Shown piece by piece: positions 62,121-64,000 of a stretch of 64,000 bases of DNA (position 1 is the stretch's first letter; the number at the start of each line of letters is the position of its first letter). Origin of the DNA: an uncultured Phycisphaerales bacterium (GTDB lineage Bacteria; Planctomycetota; Phycisphaerae; Tepidisphaerales; Tepidisphaeraceae); the NCBI GenBank assembly GCA_963844715.1, contig CAWJPJ010000005.1, positions 128,001 to 192,000 on the forward strand, in the 5' to 3' direction. The notes under the pieces are model-generated. The model ran no database searches. It saw only the letters and a program-made list of their open reading frames with translations, and had not been told where the DNA came from. A program made the position numbers and the translations under genes.

Positions 62121-62825
62121 ATGAGAGTATTGGTCGTAGAAGATGAAGTCGATTTGCGGCGCGTTCTGGCGAGCGCGCTTATGGAGCAGGGGTACGCCGT
62201 CGACACGGCCGGCACGGGCCGCGAGGGATTGTTCAAGGCAACCGGGTGGCCCTACGACGCGATCATTCTGGATCTCATGCTCCCGGAGTTGGACGGGTTC
62301 GAGGTTCTCAAATCGCTGCGCAGCCAGGGGCATCTGACGCCGGTACTGATTCTGACGGCCCGCGACGCGGTGCGCGATCGCGTGCAGGGGCTTGATTTGG
62401 GCGCGACGATTATCTGGCCAAGCCGTTTGAACTGGCAGAATTGCTGGCGCGCCTGCTGCGCCATGACGCGGCGCGCCGCAGGCAAGGCGAGCGCTGTCAT
62501 CGAAATCGACGACATCCGCATCGATACCGCTTCGCAATCGGTCTATCAATCGGGCGAGCCGGTCTCCCTCACGCCGCGCGAATACGCGCTGGTTCAATTG
62601 CTCGCACTGCACCGCGGCGAGTTGATCTCCCGGCCGGCGATTTACGACCACCTTTTCGACGAGGAGGACGACAGCCTGTCGAACCTTGTCGATGTGCACG
62701 TTTCCAATATTCGCAAAAAATTGGGCAAGGATTTCATCGTCACGCGCCGCGGGCAGGGCTATTTGATTCAGCAGGGGGAAACCGAGGCGGCGGTCAACGC
62801 CAGCTCAGGGCGGAAACATGTTTAA
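62121..62825 (+). CDS. OmpR-family response regulator; compensating indels at ~62405 and ~62460
   Basis: MRVLVVEDE, LDLMLP, LTARD, LTPREY, NLVDVHV, TRRGQGY; DDYLAKPF lies out of frame. Confidence 0.92.
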   Translation: MRVLVVEDEVDLRRVLASALMEQGYAVDTAGTGREGLFKATGWPYDAIILDLMLPELDGFEVLKSLRSQGHLTPVLILTARDAVRDRVQGLDLGATIIWPSRLNWQNCWRACCAMTRRAAGKASAVIEIDDIRIDTASQSVYQSGEPVSLTPREYALVQLLALHRGELISRPAIYDHLFDEEDDSLSNLVDVHVSNIRKKLGKDFIVTRRGQGYLIQQGETEAAVNASSGRKHV

Positions 62826-64000
62826 GTCGATCGGTTGGACGCTTCAGCTTTGGCACGCCGGCATTTTGCTCGCCGCGATGGCGGGCCTGGGGTCCACCCT
62901 TTATCTGACGGCTTACCGCACGACCTACACCCAAGTGGACAGCGAATTGGAAAGCGCGGCCAGGGTCTTTGCGGGGCCGGGGGTCGCGCAACCGGCAGCC
63001 GCGCCCGCGCATACGCGCATTGAACTGGCTCAAGACCGTGCCGCGGGACTGCCTGAATCGGCTCGGATGGGACGCCGGCGATCAGCCTTACTTTATTGTG
63101 TGGGGGGCGGATGGGTCGGTGATTCGCAGTTCCGATCCGACTCCGGCGATTGCGTATCCCGGAAAATCCCCCGCCGACGTGCCGGTGCGCCAGCGCGGGA
63201 ATCTTCGCGAAGCGGTCATGCCGGGAGCGGAAGATTCGACGATTCTCGTCGGACGGTCGGTTTTGCGCGAAGAGGGAAGCCTGGCGAGCTTGCGATGGAG
63301 CCTGGTGGGAGCGGGCGGCACAATTCTTGCGGTCGGATTAGTCGGCGGGTGGATCGTTTCGCGGCGGGTGCTCTCGCCCATCAAGCAGATCAGCGACGCG
63401 GCCCGGGCCATCTCGGGTTCTGATCTTTCGCGAAGAATCGATCTCGGCCGGATGAAGAGCGAACTCGCCTCTCTGGCGCAAACGCTGAACGAAACATTCG
63501 ACCGGCTCGAAGGGGCGTTTTACAGGCAGGTGCAGTTTGTCGCGGATGCGTCGCATGAATTGCGCACCCCGCTGTCCATCATCCATACCAGTAGCGAAGT
63601 CGCGCTCAATCGCCTGCGCACGCCGGATGAATATCGCGAAGCGATCGAGACCAATCTGCGGACGTCCCGGCGGATGAAGTCCCTGGTCGAGTCGCTGCTG
63701 ATCCTGGCCAGCGCCGATGCCGATGCGCTGGAACTGAAATACGACCGGGTGGACCTGCGACAAATTGCCAACGAATCCGCGATGATGCTCGCGCCGATGG
63801 CCATGCAGCGAAACGTGACCTTTCAAGTTGCGGGGGAATCCGTGGTTGTTTCAGCGGACCGGAACCGGATCGGGCAGCTCATCACCAATCTTTTCAGCAA
63901 CGCGATCAAGTATAATCGCCAGGGCGGCAGCGTGACGATCAGCGTGGCGGAGGGGGACACGGCCGCTTTGGTGAAAGTGATCGATACGGGGATCGGCATC
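62818..64000 (+). CDS. HAMP-containing sensor histidine kinase (partial; indel ~63030-63060)
   Basis: N-terminal TM; later frame has LSPIKQI HAMP, DASHELRTPL, NAIKYN, DTGIGI. Confidence 0.88.

Noticed and set aside
3775..64000. About 20 genes with frameshifts, read as mass pseudogenisation or programmed recoding
   Set aside because: Most are 1-2 bp indels in short homopolymers or GC dinucleotide runs, some compensating, with almost no in-frame stops. This fits long-read error; read polishing would decide.

Overview
GC-rich bacterial window, most likely Planctomycetota (Phycisphaerae/Tepidisphaerales-like; inferred from two LERLERRLL-type planctomycete export motifs, a PEP-CTERM protein and typical repeats). 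About 20 genes carry small indels, mostly in short homopolymers, which look like long-read assembly errors. 1-25 kb is mostly core genome: Phd/ParE-like TA pair, rpsO-pnp, an Fe(III)/thiamine-type ABC transporter, PPIase, a Stealth protein, PEP-CTERM protein, msrB, vapBC, hrpB, an HTH-PIN TA pair, a kaiC-kaiB-kaiB-hybrid kinase operon, an esterase and an M29 aminopeptidase. At 25-27 kb are an integrase remnant, an IS5 element and tRNA-Val(CAC). 26.9-43.3 kb is a single-strand signalling cluster: an IS-interrupted ~2050 aa DUF4347/Ig-repeat surface protein, a PAS membrane protein, several receivers, an ethylene-receptor-like kinase, and HDOD and PP2C outputs. 43-64 kb is accessory: IS5 elements, GrpB, a SelA-like enzyme, btaAB, SDR/DUF899/ArsR genes, GNAT, CPBP, mug, an S53 protease and a two-component pair. 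The most unexplained signals are non-coding: a recurring ATGGATGTCACCTT(T) motif at small-gene boundaries with short duplications at its CCTTT end; hexamer-repeat palindromes bracketing btaAB; a REP-like element apparently translated in frame; and kb-scale GC-skew domains independent of gene direction.
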